DNA of 64,000 bases from the human T2T-CHM13v2.0 reference genome, Homo sapiens. Where the stretch lies: NCBI RefSeq assembly GCF_009914755.1, contig NC_060933.1; one strand, 5' to 3'. The notes below the pieces were generated by a model. The model was not told the origin of the DNA and made no database searches. It was given only the letters and a program-made list of their open reading frames with translations. Positions 1 to 14,150 of the stretch are shown here, piece by piece; position 1 is the stretch's first letter, and each line of letters starts with the position of its first letter. The position numbers and the translations under genes were made by a program.

Positions 1-75
1 AGAGGTGCCCTAGGATTTATGGAATAGCAAATGAGCATTGGCTTGTAACAAGAAAGTCAGCCTGTCCTTTAAATC

Positions 76-381
76 TTTTTCTTTTTCTTGATATAAGGTC
101 TCACTCCATTACCCAAGCTGGATTGCAGTGGCATGATCTTGGCCCACTCCATACTTGACCTCCTTGGCCCCACAATCCTCCCACCTCAGCCTCCTGAGTA
201 GCTGGGACTAGTAGCATGCACCACCATACATGGCTTATTTTTATTTATTTATTTATTTATTGTTAGAGACAGGGTTTCACCATGTTGCCCAGGCTGGTCT
301 GAAGCTTCTAAGCTCAAGCCATTCCCCCACTTCAGCCTCACAGAGTGCTGGGATTACAGGCGTGATCCACCCTGTCTGGCC
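76..381 (-). mobile_element. Alu (AluJ-like)
   Basis: Reverse Alu dimer from T-rich tail to 'gggattacaggcgtg...tggcc'; diverged. Confidence 0.9.
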
Positions 382-840
382 TCTAAATTCGTGTTATGGA
401 GACTCATTTTCATGGTTAAAATGTCCTGAATTGACTGTGGCCTGTTGGGAGGTGGGATGGAGGAAACTACTTATGGAAAATGAAGAAGAAAGGGAAGCAC
501 ACCAGAAGCAAGAAAGTGTCATCAATTTTTACATCAAGGCCTCCATGATAAAGAGAAAGTACAGGTGGCCTGTTATCAAGGCTGACCATTGGACTGTGGA
601 CTGCACCTGCATCTACCAGGTTCTTCTGGATAGTCCCAGTTTTAAATTTTTGACCTGACATTCATGAACACAGTGCTACTGGTCAGACCTTTGTCCAGGT
701 TTAAGCTTCAGAACATAATGTCTTCATGCAGTGGGAGGCCTGATTATGGTTATGATTCTGCCCTGGGGCATCTGCCCCTTCTTACCTGGAGGTAAACTTG
801 GCATCTACTACTTACCTCTACACTTGAACAGCCAAGGATG

Positions 841-977
841 GGCTGAGCACAGAGGCTCACATCTGTAACTCCAGCACTTTGGGAGGCCAAGGCAGGAGGA
901 TCGCTTAAGGCCAGGAGTTCAAGACCAGCCTGGGCAATATAGTGAGACCTCGTCTCTGTAAAAACAAACAAACAAAA
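841..977 (+). mobile_element. Free left Alu monomer (FLAM-type)
   Basis: Single left arm ending 'gtgagacctcgtctct' followed by an (AAAC)n tail. Confidence 0.85.
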
Positions 978-1009
978 CCGAGGATGGGTGGGTGACAGGG
1001 AGCAGTTCA

Positions 1010-1500
<491 letters not shown>

Positions 1501-1767
1501 GTTTTCTACAAGCAAGGAGTTACTTTGTACTGTGAACTGGTGTGAAGGGATCTGCCATGTGTAAGCTTTTGGATTGATGACAGTTATTTCTAATTTTAAA
1601 AATAGCAACCCAACAGAAAATTGGGAAAATGCATTCATAGGGATTTCACAAAAGAGAAAGCCTGCAAAACATAAAAATTTTCTCAACCTCATTAGTAATC
1701 AGGGAAATGCACAAGATACTACACATCTATTCTCTCCACAAATATTAAGAAGTTTGACAATACAAAA

Positions 1768-4077
1768 TGTATTAGTCCATATTCACACTGCTGATAAAGA
1801 CATAACTGAGACAGGGAAGAAAAAGAGGCTTGATTGCATTAAGGGTTCCACATGGCTGAGGAGGCCTCAGAGTTACGGTGGTGGATGAACAGCACTTCTT
1901 ACATGGCAGTGGCAAGAGAATATGAGAAGGAGGCAAAAGAAGCAAAAGACAAAACCACTGATAAACCCATCAGATCTTGTGAGATTTATTCACTATCACG
2001 AGAATAGCATGGGAAAGACCAGCTCTAAAGATTCAACTACCTCCCCCTTGTTCCCTCCCCGAACACATGGGAATCCTGAGCAATACAATTCAAGTTGAGA
2101 TGTGGGTAGGGACATAGTCAAACCATATTATTCTGCTCCTGACCCCTCCAAATCTCATGTCCTCACACTTCAAAACCGATCATGCCTTCCCAACAGTCCC
2201 CCAAAGTCTTAACTCATTTCAGTATTAACCCAAATGTCCACTGTCCAAAGTCTCATCTGAGACAAGGCAAGTCTCTTCTGCCTATGACCCTGTAAAATCC
2301 AAATCAAGCTAGTTACTTCCTAGATACAATGGGGGTACAGGTAATTGAGTAAATGCAGCCGTTCCAAATGGGAGAAATTTGCCAAAACAAAGGGGTTACA
2401 GGCCCCATGCAAGTCCAAAATCCAGCAAGGTAGTCAAATTTTAAAGCTCCGAAATGATCTCCTTTGACTCCATGTTTCACATCAAGGTCATGCTGATCTA
2501 AGAGGTGGGCTCCCACAGCCTTGGGCAGTTCTGCCCCTGTGGCTTTGCAGGGTATAGCCCACCTCGTGGCTGTTTTCATGGGCTGACGTTGAGTGTCCAC
2601 AGCTTTTCCAGGCTCATGGTGCAAGCTGTCAGTGAATCTACCATTCTGGGGTCTGGAGGAGAGTGGCCCTCTCCTCACAGCTCCACTAGGAAGTGCCCCA
2701 GTAAGGACTCTGCATAGGGGCTCTGACCCCACATTTCTCTTCTGCACAGCCCTAACAGAGGTTCTCCATCAGAGCACCACCCCTGCAGCAAACTTCTGCT
2801 TGGACATCCAGGTGTTTTCAAACATCCTCTGAAATCTAGGTGGAGGTTTCCAAACTTCAGTTCTTGACTTCTATGCATGTGCAGGCTGAACACAACATGG
2901 AAGCTGCCAAGGCTTGGTGCTTGCACTCTCAAGGCCATGGCCTGAGTTCTATGTTTTCCTCTTTCAGCCATGGTTGGAGGGGCTGAAACGCAGAGAAACA
3001 AGGCCCTAGGCTACACACAGCACAGTCAACCTGGCCCAGCATGGAAATCCATTTTATCCTCCTAGGTCCCAGGCTTGTGATGGGAGGGGCTGCTGTGATG
3101 ACCTATGACATGTCCTGTAGACATTTTCCCCATTGTTTTTGGGATTAACATTCAGCTTCTTGTTACTTATGCAAATTTCTGCAGACAGCTTGAATTTATC
3201 CTCAGAAAATGGGATTTTCTTCTCTATCACATTGTCAGGCTGCAAATTTTCCAAAACTGTATGCTCTGCTTCCTTTATAAAACCAAAGGCCTTTAACATC
3301 ACCCAAGTCACCTCTTGAATGCTTTACTGCTTAGAAATTTCTTCCAGCAGATACCCTAAATTATCACTCTCAAGTTCAAAGTTCTACAAATCTCTAGGAC
3401 AGGGGCAAAATGCTGCCATTCTCTTTGCTAAAACATAACGAGAGTTACCTTTGCTCCAGTTCACAACAAGTTCCTCATCTCCATCTGAGACCACCTCTGC
3501 CTGGACCTTATTGTTCAAAACACTATCAGCATTTTTGTCAAAGTCATTCAGCAAGTCTCTAGGAGGTTCCAAATTTTCCCACATTTTCCAGTGTTCTTCT
3601 GAGCCCTCGCAACTGTTCCAACCTCTGCCTGTTACCAAGTTTCAAAGTTGCTTGCACACTTTTGGGTATCTTTTCAGGAGCACCCCACTCCACTGGTATC
3701 AATTTACTGTATTAGTCTGTTTTCACACTGCTGATAAAGACATACCCAAGTCTGAGAAGAAAAAGAGGTGTAAAGAAAAAGAACTGTAATTGGATTTACA
3801 GTCCCACATGGTGGGGGAGGCCTCAGAGTCATGGCAGGAGGTAAAAGGCACTTCTTACATGGCAGCAGCAAGAGAAAATGAGGAGGAAGCCAAAGCAGAA
3901 ACTCCTGATAAACCCATCAGATCTCATGAGACTTATTCACTATCATGAGAATAGCACAGGAAAGACTGGCCTCCGTGATTCAATTACCGCACCCTGGGTC
4001 CCTCCCATAACATGTGGGAATTCTGGGAGATAGAATTCAAGCTGTGATTTGGGTGTGGACACAGCCAAACCATATCA
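1768..4077 (-). mobile_element. Full-length THE1A MaLR retroelement (LTR-internal-LTR)
   Basis: Two ~365-bp LTRs (1768-2130, 3708-4077), each 'tgtattagt...ccatat(c/t)a', flank ~1.58 kb of THE1 internal sequence. 'gataaacccatcagatct' and 'gaagaaaaagagg' fit the THE1A consensus as recalled. Confidence 0.9.
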
Positions 4078-4340
4078 CCATATATGGAGAGACTGTGGAT
4101 CAACAAGATCATCTCGAACTAATACAGGAGGTGAGCGTTTAAATTAGAACAACCACTTTGGAAAGCAATTTGGATTATCTTATAAATTTGAGCATTCTCA
4201 TATGTTATGGCAAAGTAATTTCTCTACCACAGGCCCTGGAGAAACTCTTGCCCATATGTACAAGATGTAGTAAAAAAAAAAAAATGCTCACGTAATGCCA
4301 TTCATAATAGGAAAAATCTGGAAATAAGCCAAATGTTCAC

Positions 4341-4380
4341 TAATAGGAGAATGGGTAAATTAATAGGAGAATGGGTAAAT
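4341..4380. repeat. Perfect 20-bp tandem duplication
   Basis: TAATAGGAGAATGGGTAAAT occurs twice in a row. Confidence 0.95.
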
Positions 4381-4775
4381 AAATTATACCCTTAAAAACT
4401 AAGTAACATGTCATTTAGGGTAATCATATGTATGCAATAAAACAATGTGTTTTTTTTTAAAGGAAGAGAATCCTAAACATAAATTCAGGGTAGTAGTTAC
4501 CCTCGGGCTGAAGGGTGAAAATCAGGAAAAAGGACAGAGGAGGAGCAGATGTTAGGGTCAGAACCCTAGTTCTTTGGTTGTGTTGTAAGTTGACAAGTGA
4601 TTACCATATTGTTCAAATACATTTACACAGAGGCCCAGGCACAGACAAGGGTGAAATAGGAGCCAAGGTGTACTATGAGCCAAGGATTATGATTAATCCA
4701 ATTTTGTGCACTTAAGCCATTTGAAAAACAGAAAAGCAAAACAACAAAATAATTTTTAAGAAATTGAATATAGGG

Positions 4776-5161
4776 TGCTATGCTCTGAATGTGTCCCCCT
4801 AAAATTAATCACCAATGTCATAGGATTAGGAAGTAGGGCTTTTAGGTAGTGATTCAGTCATGAAGGGAGAGTCTTCACAAATGGGTGTAGGATCCTTACA
4901 CAAGGACTGGAGGGAGTGGGCTTCCCCTGTTTTACCCTTCCGCCTTCTGCCATGTGAGGACACAGTGCCTCTCCTCCTGAAGACACAGTGCACAAGGTAC
5001 CATCTTGGATGCAGAGACCAGGCCCTCACCAGACACCAATCCTGCTGGCACCTGGATCTTGGACTTCTAGCCTATGGAACTGTGAGAAATACATTTCTGT
5101 TCTTCAGAAATTACCCAGCCTAGTGTATTTTCTTATATAGAAGCACAAACTCATTAAGGCA
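4776..5161 (+). mobile_element. MaLR solo LTR (MLT1A/MST-like)
   Basis: TG...CA termini; 'tgctggcacctggatcttggacttctagcctatggaactgtgagaaatacatttctgt' is typical MaLR LTR text. Confidence 0.8.
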
Positions 5162-5316
5162 CAATGCCTCTTGTCATTTTCTTCTACAATTTTCTTTGTG
5201 GCCTCTTTAGCACTGGGTCATTTTATATTTGCTCCTTCATAATATCTCTTACTTTTGGTTTTTCACATTTCTGTTCCAAGTGTATTCTTAGATACATATT
5301 TTCCACTATTAGTTAA

Positions 5317-5440
5317 CCTCAGGGGTTGCCTGGGAATGCGTGTTTCTGTGCCACCACTGTAGGACTGTGTGTGTGTGTGTGTCTCCCATTCTCTCTTCTC
5401 TCTCTGTCTCTCACCCTCTGTGTGTTTCTTTCCCTCTCTC

Positions 5441-5484
<44 letters not shown>

Positions 5485-7215
5485 CCTGTGTGTGTGTGTG
5501 TCTTTGGACGAATGTGCTCTGTTTGCCAAAATGCGATTTTTTGCATGTCGGCCAGTCTTTGTTGAGCCTCTTTCTGTGTCTCTGTCTGGGTCCCGTGGCC
5601 GGTTGTCCATCGTTTTCATGGCGGTTCCACTCTGGGTTTGTGAAGTCCTCGATCACGTGAGGAGATGCGTCGGTCCCGGAGCAATCGAAGTCTCATCCCT
5701 ATCCTGAGCGGCCTCTTTTCTAGGATCAAGAGGACCACACTCCAACCCAGGACAAAACCCCACAGCAGCTCATTGTCCGGCAGGAGAGGAGCAGACACAC
5801 CTCCAAGAAGATGGTTGTACCCCTGCACGGCTCTTCTCTGAGCAATGAAGCCACACCACGATACAATTCTGAAGAGGAAGCCGGGAATGGGAGACAGCAA
5901 CAATCCCTGTCCCTGGAATGCTGGCCTCTCTGGACAAGTCATGCGTTTCGCACCCCTCCCCTTATGCCTGTGGCGGTGGCAAGGTTCTGTAACCTGCCTG
6001 GGCTCTGGCCTGTGCTCTGTCCTCCCTCTTGCTCTGTCTCCCCTGTTTCTGAGGGGCCTAGTTGCCTCTTGGTCTGGCTGAATAACTTCTACGAAGATCG
6101 CTTCCCAGTCCATCAGGGAGACACTTTCTGGAGATCCGCGACATGACTCTTTCTCTCTCCAAACCTGTTTCTGCTGGATTGGGCAGGTCTGATAAGCCTG
6201 GAACACTTGGCTTCCATGCGTGTCTCAGACAGGGAAGCTTCTTTGGTCTCCTTGTTTCACCTCATCGGTGGGTGGATTGCCTAGAATGAGCGCTAGGTTA
6301 TCATGACTGGCCTTGTCTTCTAAGACAGGTGGTGTCCCATTTCCTTTGCATGTCCTGTCTCACAAATGAGGGATATCCTCTCCTCTGCTCATAGGTGGAC
6401 TGATTCCCTGAATCTTTTGTCTGTAATGAATGTCAGGAAACCAAAGGAACTGGGCTGGGCCTGGGGATGGGGTTGGGGCCGGGTGCAGGGAAGTTGCGTC
6501 AGGGCTACCTGGGCGGTGGAGGCTTCGGGGTGGGGTGAATGTTGCAGAAACCTCTGTGCTCCTCTGGCAGGCATTTCAAAATGTGGCTTGGACTGAGGCA
6601 AAGGCCCCGTCCAGGTTCCCAGGTCTTCTTTGAATTCCCTTGGCACTCAGGGAAAGGCCACTTGTTCCCCCTTTCCACCGGGCACATGCCTGGACACCAT
6701 TGTTGGTTTTGCCATCACCCCATATGCCTCCGGTGACACACATTCACACCATCTGCTGTGGGATACGCCAGTGCCACACGTGATCGCATTGTCTCCACCT
6801 CGGCTTCGCACCATCCCTGTTTGCACCTGTCCTGGAAAGCGGTGTCCACTTGCAGGAGCCCCAGGGCTTTTAGAAGTGGGGCACGCCACTGCTCTTTCAA
6901 CGGAGGAGGGAGGCAGAGGGCTCACAGATCAGTGAACTTTCAGCTGACACCACGCCTTGAGGGCCATGGGATCATTCTGTGCTGCAGCGACGACCTGCCT
7001 GCCTCACCAGATGTGCTGAGCCCATCCTTTCTAACCCGGAGGGGTCCAAACTAGGATCTGAAGAGGAGTCCTGAGAACCCAGCAGGCACCCTGAAGATCC
7101 CCCTCCATCGGTGGAAGTCGGCTCAAGGAGGTCTTGAAGATTGGACTCCTGGGGGTTTGGCCCTGGGACAGGATACTCAAGGACTCCTCTCCCACCCCGC
7201 CCCAAACTGGACCTC
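5317..7215 (+). repeat. Partial SST1/NBL2-type macrosatellite monomer (strand relative, TG-rich strand = +)
   Basis: Colinear with 57203-59113 in this window; shares (TG)n tracts, the GGGGCT-type run and 'atcattctgtgctgcagcga'. Confidence 0.88.
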
Positions 7216-7284
7216 AGCCCCCACGCCACAGCCCCCACTTTCTCCCCAGAGCTGAGGGACAGACAGAGAATTGCGACTAGAAAT

Positions 7285-7568
7285 TCGATCGATTGGTACG
7301 AGGGACCACGTGGCCAGGGGCTGGCCAATGACCAGGCCGCCTGGGATGAGCTAATAATGGAAGCAATTTGTAACTTTCAGTAGCTCTCTAGGCCTGGGTA
7401 CCGGAGGGAGGGAGGCGGGCAGAGGAGGGGAGATGGGCACCCCCAGTCTTTCCATCCTCCTCATTCGTCTAGGGGCACCCGAATCCCCTATTCCTTATTT
7501 CCCCTATCACTCAGGCACTGGCAGGGTCCTTTGCCCACTCCTGTTGGCCGCTGCGGCTCCAAAGCGAG
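7285..7568 (+). promoter_or_regulatory. Promoter-like module and candidate first exon of a lncRNA
   Basis: ATTGG 7292-7296, CACGTG 7307-7312, CCAAT 7325-7329, GC-box-like run ~7405-7420, and splice donor GAG|GTAAGC at 7568/7569. Confidence 0.5.
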
Positions 7569-9789
7569 GTAAGCTGGTCCTCTACCCCTCAAACTCTTCA
7601 CAACCCTCATCCCGTTTACTAGCACCTGCAAACCACAGCCTCCCTTCCTGTCCCATTAGTGAATTTAAATCAGATTTTGTTTTTCCTCTTAGTTGAAAGA
7701 AAAATAATCTTTTTGTATTCTTTTGTGTAACCTATCTCGGATTTGGAGAAAATTTTAATTCAAATTAATACACTTATATTGGGGGGGTGAGTGGTACTTT
7801 CCTCCTTTTCAATAAATTTCTATACTTGCTACTTTATGGAGAGTTTACTTTTCTTTGGGGATGAGTTACACCTTATGTTTTCACATGTGTTACTTCTTTA
7901 ATGATAAGTTCAACTCCTTTATCCATTCCATCCTCCAATTTTGCTATTTATAAATATCACCTAATGGATTTAGAGTTTATTCATTTTTCTCCTCCCTCAC
8001 TAGTTTTTCAGCTGTTACAGAATCACCACAATTTATTTTTCTCTGTATGTGGATGAGGTTTTGTGTTGATTCCTATTTTGTTTTGTAAATGAATTTATTG
8101 TTTGGGAAATTCTTGGGGGATGTGTGTGTAAAAAAGGTCTCTTGATTAATTCCAACCTCTCCTCTTCTGAAGAACAATTTGCTTGAAATGTTTTGAGTAT
8201 TTTCCTCATTTTTATTATGTCTAAATTTGAGGTATTTTACCTTCTTTAAAACCTGGCCTCTTTTTAAAATTTAACCTTTTGCATGTTAAACCATTTTTAA
8301 GGTTTTTGTTTTATAAACTGCAATGGTTAGTAGATTTACTTGCCTTTCCCTGACCTCCTTCACACGCCTGCCTCCTCCATCTCAAAACTCCCATCCCCAG
8401 CTTCCACAATTCTCAGCTTCCAATGGACTCATCCTCCCCTCTCCTCCCAGCCAAGGAGGGATGCCTGGGAAGTAGACAGTGTCCTTCTTGGGTCAGAACC
8501 TATGCTCTGGTTCTAGTTCAGGACACCTCCAGTCTGACCTCCAAGCCGGCAAAACGAGTGAGAGAAGAATTTCTGCTCAACTTTTTCATTTGGGACTAAG
8601 TTCTTTCCACTTGGCTGTATTCCGGAGAACTCTGATACATGAAATTGAATTTTAAATTCTCCTTTTTTCCCTAAATTCTAAGAAAAGTGCAGGCAGATTG
8701 TTTTTCTTCCTTAAATGTAAGCTGTTAGCTTAGGGGTCAGCCCTTTGGGTCTTTTATCTCCTGAGGGAGACTTCTCAGAGAGACACACAGTGTTGATTCT
8801 TCCTTTTAGTTTTGGGTAAGGTAGAAGGGGCAGGGATTGGGGAAGCCCATATTGATCTCTGGCTCTAGCTCTGAACAAAGAAGGGTAGAGAGCTGGCCTG
8901 GGGACTTGTCCCTTTGGTCAGTAAGGTTTGGCTTAGGAGAGAGTTTGAAGTAAATCCCAGCTCTGAGGAAATTCTTCTTTTTAGCATTACTGTGAAAATA
9001 AACTCTTAAAATGGTGTGACATGGCTTCAAACTATTCAGATTCCTTGAAGTAACAAAAATAAACTTACAAGAGTAATTTATGTTTCCCAAAGATCCGCCT
9101 CCAGTGACTGTCCATTTCTCTCAGGGAAACAGAACCCAACTGGGCAGAAGTAAAACTGCCACCCCTCCCCTTTCAGTTCCCCAGTCACATTGACATTCTG
9201 GGCACATTTGGCCCAGCCCTCGTCCCTGCTTCTCCCAAGTATGAATCTAAATTACTATTAATAAGGGGCCGCTCCAAGTTAATTGGCATTAAAAGAATTC
9301 ATTTCAATTTGTTAATATTAAATGAATGCTCTGCACTTTAGCTCCCTTCTTTGCCCTGGATTCCCAGATGAGTGATAGGAAGAAGGGGCAGGGAATTAGA
9401 ATGAGGATTTTATTTCTGGCTCTCCAGCTTAGCCACTGTGGTGCCTCCCCTGGGGGTGTGCAATCAGGCACAGTGGGGGCCTGCTTGGGGAAGGTCTGAT
9501 GGTCTTTTTTGGTGAAATTCATCTGTTTTAGCAGGAGTTGTGGGGGAGGATGGGTGGGGAGCAGAGGGAGAGGGACAGAATGGTTTGGGGGACTTTGTGG
9601 GGAGCAGAGGGTCTAGGGAGAAAGTGGGAAGGGAAAGGGACGGAGGTCAACAGGAGTTTTGGAGAACAAGGGTTGTAGGCTGTGGGGGGTAAAGCCAATT
9701 TGTGAAGAACTGGTGATAGGAACTAAACAACCCACCTAGAAGAGGAGGGGCTTTGAGCAGGGGTGGGGAGGTGGGATTTGAGGCAAAAC

Positions 9790-10250
9790 AGCTAGGAGTT
9801 CTGAAACTATTAATATCTAGCTGTGTGACTCAGGGCAAGTTGCTTAACTTTTCTCTCTGCCTTAGTTTCTTGACCTGTAAAACAGGGATACTAATAATAG
9901 AACTTATCTCAGGGGGTTATTTGGAATTAGAGGAAATACATGCCATGTGTTTTCCACAGTGCTTGACACATAGAACCTGCCAGTAAATGTTAGCTCTTTT
10001 TATGGCAGAGTGGTTAACAGGATGGATTCTGGAGCTAGACGGCCTGATTTTGAATCTCAGTCATGCCTTATGTGAGTTGTATGACCTAGGCAAGTTACTT
10101 AACCCCTTGTGCTTTAGTTTCCTTGTCTGTAAAATGGGGTTAATAGAACCTAGCTCAAAGGCTGCTGTCAGGATTAAATGAGTTATATGTACGAAGAGCC
10201 TAGAACAATGCCCACCCCACAGGAAACACTATGTAAGCATTAGTTGTCAC
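9790..10250 (+). mobile_element. Two adjacent MIR elements
   Basis: MIR core '...ggcaagtt(g/a)cttaac...tttagttt...tgtaaaa' appears twice. Bounds approximate. Confidence 0.75.
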
Positions 10251-12150
10251 TGATATTGTTGCTCTTCTGATCTAGGAAGGTTGAAAATAGAGGCACAGGT
10301 GAGCTACTACTTACAGGCTAAGACTGGAATCAGATCAACTCTTTCACTCCTATCCCTGAAGCTAGTCCTGCAACTGGGGCTGCATATGAGGGCTTGGAGA
10401 GAGATACTATAACCCTGGAATCTGGGATATCCAAGTCCTTCCTCTGCTCTAGCTCTTGGGTTGGTGGTCCCTCCAAGACCCATAGACTCGAAGTCACTTC
10501 TTTTTCCCTCGGCAGGGTTGGGGTGGGGCTGGTAATGGGAGAATTACTTTCTTGGTCTAATAACTCCCTTTAGTAGAGAGTTAGTCCTGGGAGTGTGAGT
10601 TGGGGGAGGTTGGGTAGAGCAGAGGAGATTAAATATCCTTTATGTACCAGCCCACACACACTTGACCTCACCAGAGGGTTGGGAAGACAGAGATTCAAAG
10701 AGGGGAAGTGATCTGACAAAGTCCTAAAGCTAGAACTTGGCAGAGTTGGCATCTGAACTCCGATCTGCTTGATGGCAAACTTAAAGCCCTTCCATTGCTG
10801 CATGCTTTTTGAAGGGAGAAATGGGACACGTGTAAACTTGGGCCAGGACCATGGGGTAGATGGAAGATGGGCGAAGATAGAGTATTGGAGTGGGAAGTGG
10901 CCAAGCAGGAATGTTTCAATCATGGAAGATTTCCTGAGAAAAGAGATTCCACATCAGGGTTCAGATGGTAGGGGAATGAGGATAGGAAGTAAAGAAGAGG
11001 GAGGGAGCCATGCATTGACAAGGAAGGAGAAGAAAAAAGAATTTATGCAAAGGCTGGGTCAGAGTAATGGACATGAATTCAATTTGCCTTGGGTTTGCCT
11101 TACCATTTATTGAAGGCATACTATGTACTAGGTACATACATGATCACATTTGATGTTCACAACAGCCCTGACAAGTGGGTTTCTTATCCCTATTTCCAAG
11201 AGTTCATTGAAGTTCTGAGAGCTTAATCCCCGCTTTAGGTTACACAGTAGTAGCTAGATTTCCTGGCATCAGAACCCTCACCTACGCTGCTTCTGAGCAT
11301 GGCTTCTGTGCCCCAGTCTCGATTTCCATGACTGTTTCAAGTCCTCCTGTTCCCCCGCATTTGTAGTCATTCTTGGTGACTGGGAACGAAGGGCTAGAGC
11401 GTGAGCTGAAACTGAGACAGGGAGTGGCAGGCAGGCAGTGGGGACAGAAACTTTTCTCAAATCCACCCATGTGAAGAAGATGGACAGAAGGGTGGTCTTT
11501 CTGGAGAGAGGCTTCCAAGCCACTTTCCCAAGAAAGACAGCTGATCTTGGGATGAATGGCAGGGACCTGATTGGGTAGGGGATGGGTGGTCACATTGTTT
11601 TCTGGGCTGTAGACTTTATTTCCCTTCCTTTGGGAAGAGAAGAGGAAGAGGACAGCTCAGGTGTGGGTTTGAGCCCTGGATTAAGACTGCCCATTGTCCA
11701 CTAAAATCTCTTCTTTCCTTGCTGCACGAGGGTGGAGGGACACCCAGCTGGACACTCCATTTCCCAGCTGCTCTTACTGCCAGGTGTAGACACAGGGGAA
11801 TGTGAGGTGAGCATGTCCTCAAAGCCTGACGGATTGGGTAAATTCTCCTTTGTGTTCTCTCTTTCATGAGCTGGGCAGATGTGCCTGAGACAGGTTTGAC
11901 CAGGCAACTGAAAAGACATCCCTAAGAGAAGACAAAGCAAAGGTATGAAAGGAACACACGTCCCTGACTGACTAGGAGGAACAGAGCTGCCTGCTATCCG
12001 GAACAACTTCCTCCCAGACTAAGTGAGAAATAAACTTCTGTTTTCTATATGCTACTGTGTTTGGGGGCCTTTGTGTTATAGAAGTTTTGCTGTCATCCTT
12101 TCCAATTCACCTTCTCACACCAGATATTTCAAATTAAAAAGATTATATCA

Positions 12151-12448
<298 letters not shown>

Positions 12449-13691
12449 TTACATCAGATCACGGAATAACTATAATAATATTTATTGGGCCAGATAGTAT
12501 GCAAAGGACTCTATGCACATTATTTAGTGTAATCTATGTGACAATCCTCTGAGATATGTGTTACTATTATTCCAATTTAAACACGAGGAAACAGGTTCAA
12601 GGAAGGTAAGTTATGTGCTGAGGGACACACAAGAGGGGGTGGAGCTGGATTTCAAGCCCACTGGGTGTGCAGAACTGAGCCTCTTCACCATGGGGGCAAA
12701 TCCCTCCTGAGGACAGGGCTGGAAAGGCCATGGAGATCATCTTGTGCTTGGACAAGCCTCTCACCAGTCACCACAGGGCCCTGACTCCCATTCCTACCTT
12801 CAAGAAGCTCAGCAGGCTACTACTCGTGTTCATGTTGGGTCACTACATACGGTTTTATTTGAAGGAAGGACCCCAGAGTTAAACTCATTTGAAAACCCCT
12901 GATAAATTCAGTCCCCTCCCTCTTTTTACAGGTGAGGCCCGGAGAGAAGATATGACTTGCTTAAGGTCACACACTTAGTTTCTCTGTCAATCTTTCTAAA
13001 TCTAGGACGAGTTCTCTTCCCACTGTATCAGGCTGCCTCAACAAACAGGGAAGTACAAAAATAGCCAAATCCAGGAAGGAGGGCAGTGGTCTGTGTCTCC
13101 TCCAATTATTTCATGAGACAGCCAAGCCTATTTTCTTGATTTCCCTTGTGCCCCTCCTGTCGGATATCTGCTTTGGGACCCATCTCTTTTGGGCTTGCAG
13201 AGAGAACGGGCTGCACCAGCTCTCTACCCTCTGCATCACCCAGATGGTCAAACATGCAAAGGGAAAGGAGAGCTGGGGCCAGAGTCAAGGCAGGCAAAGA
13301 GACTCCTCGACCCCCTCCAGTCTTTCCACATTTATATTTTTGGAATTTCAGGCTCCCTCCTCCCCCGGGACCTTTCCTAGTAGCCCACCAGGGAGAAGAA
13401 GAGGGAAAACTGTCATAAATTTCTCCTATTTATACAAGATGACAGAGTTTCTTGTGCCAGAAAAAACACAGAAAGGGAGCTGTCAGGGGAGAAGGGACCC
13501 AGCCCTATACCTTCTGGGGTCAATTTATCTTTCCGAATCATGGCTTGGGGGCTACCCTAACATTGCTTGTATGAAATGCAGGCTTTGACTTGGGGCAGCC
13601 AGGCCAGACAGCCCCTGAGCTTTGTTTCTGATCACAGTTTTCCTGCTTCATCTCAACTTCCCCCTACCCCTTACGCTGTCTTTTTAAAAAA

Positions 13692-14150
13692 CAACCTTCT
13701 TGAGGTATAATGCATGTGTCATACAATTCACCCTTTGAAATGTACAATTCAATGGTTTTAGTATATTCACAGGTATGCCAAACCATCACCATAGTTAATT
13801 TTAGAACATTTTCATCACCTCAAAAAGAAATCTTGTAACCTTTAGCTATCACCTCCCTATCCCCCCATATTCCTTCTTGCCCTTAACAATACTAATGTAC
13901 TTTCAGTCTCTGTAGATTTTCCTATTCCGGACTTTCATATGAATGGCATCATATAATAATAGACCTACTGTGACTAGCTTCTTTCATTGAGCATAGTGTT
14001 TTCAAGGTTCATCCATGTTGTGGCATTTATCAGTACTTCATTCCTTTTCAAGGCTGACTAATATTCCATTGTATGGATATATCACACTTTGTTTATCCGT
14101 TCATCTATTGGTGAACATTTGGGTTTTTTCCACCTTTTGGATATTATGAT
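13692..14150 (-). mobile_element. L1MB-type 3' end fragment
   Basis: 'ttgaggtataat...tgtacaattcaatggttttagtatattcacag...tttcaaggttcatccatgttgtggca'. Confidence 0.8.

Larger units (their letters stand above)
1590..4500 (+). mobile_element. Old L1 (L1M-type) fragment interrupted by THE1A
   Basis: L1-like A-rich text ('cctcattagtaatcagggaaatgca', 'caaccactttggaaagcaatttgg') at ~1590-1767 resumes at ~4078. Bounds approximate. Confidence 0.6.

Noticed and set aside
230-658. 142-aa ORF
   Set aside because: The N-terminal ~50 aa is antisense Alu translation; the rest has no recognisable domain.
2313-3789. ORFs resembling database 'putative proteins'
   Set aside because: They are fragments of THE1 internal/LTR sequence.
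1850-3830. PRDM9 hotspot motif CCTCCCTAGCCAC in the THE1 LTRs
   Set aside because: The LTRs read CCTCCTCAGCCAT and CCTCCCCCACCAT on the minus strand; neither matches.
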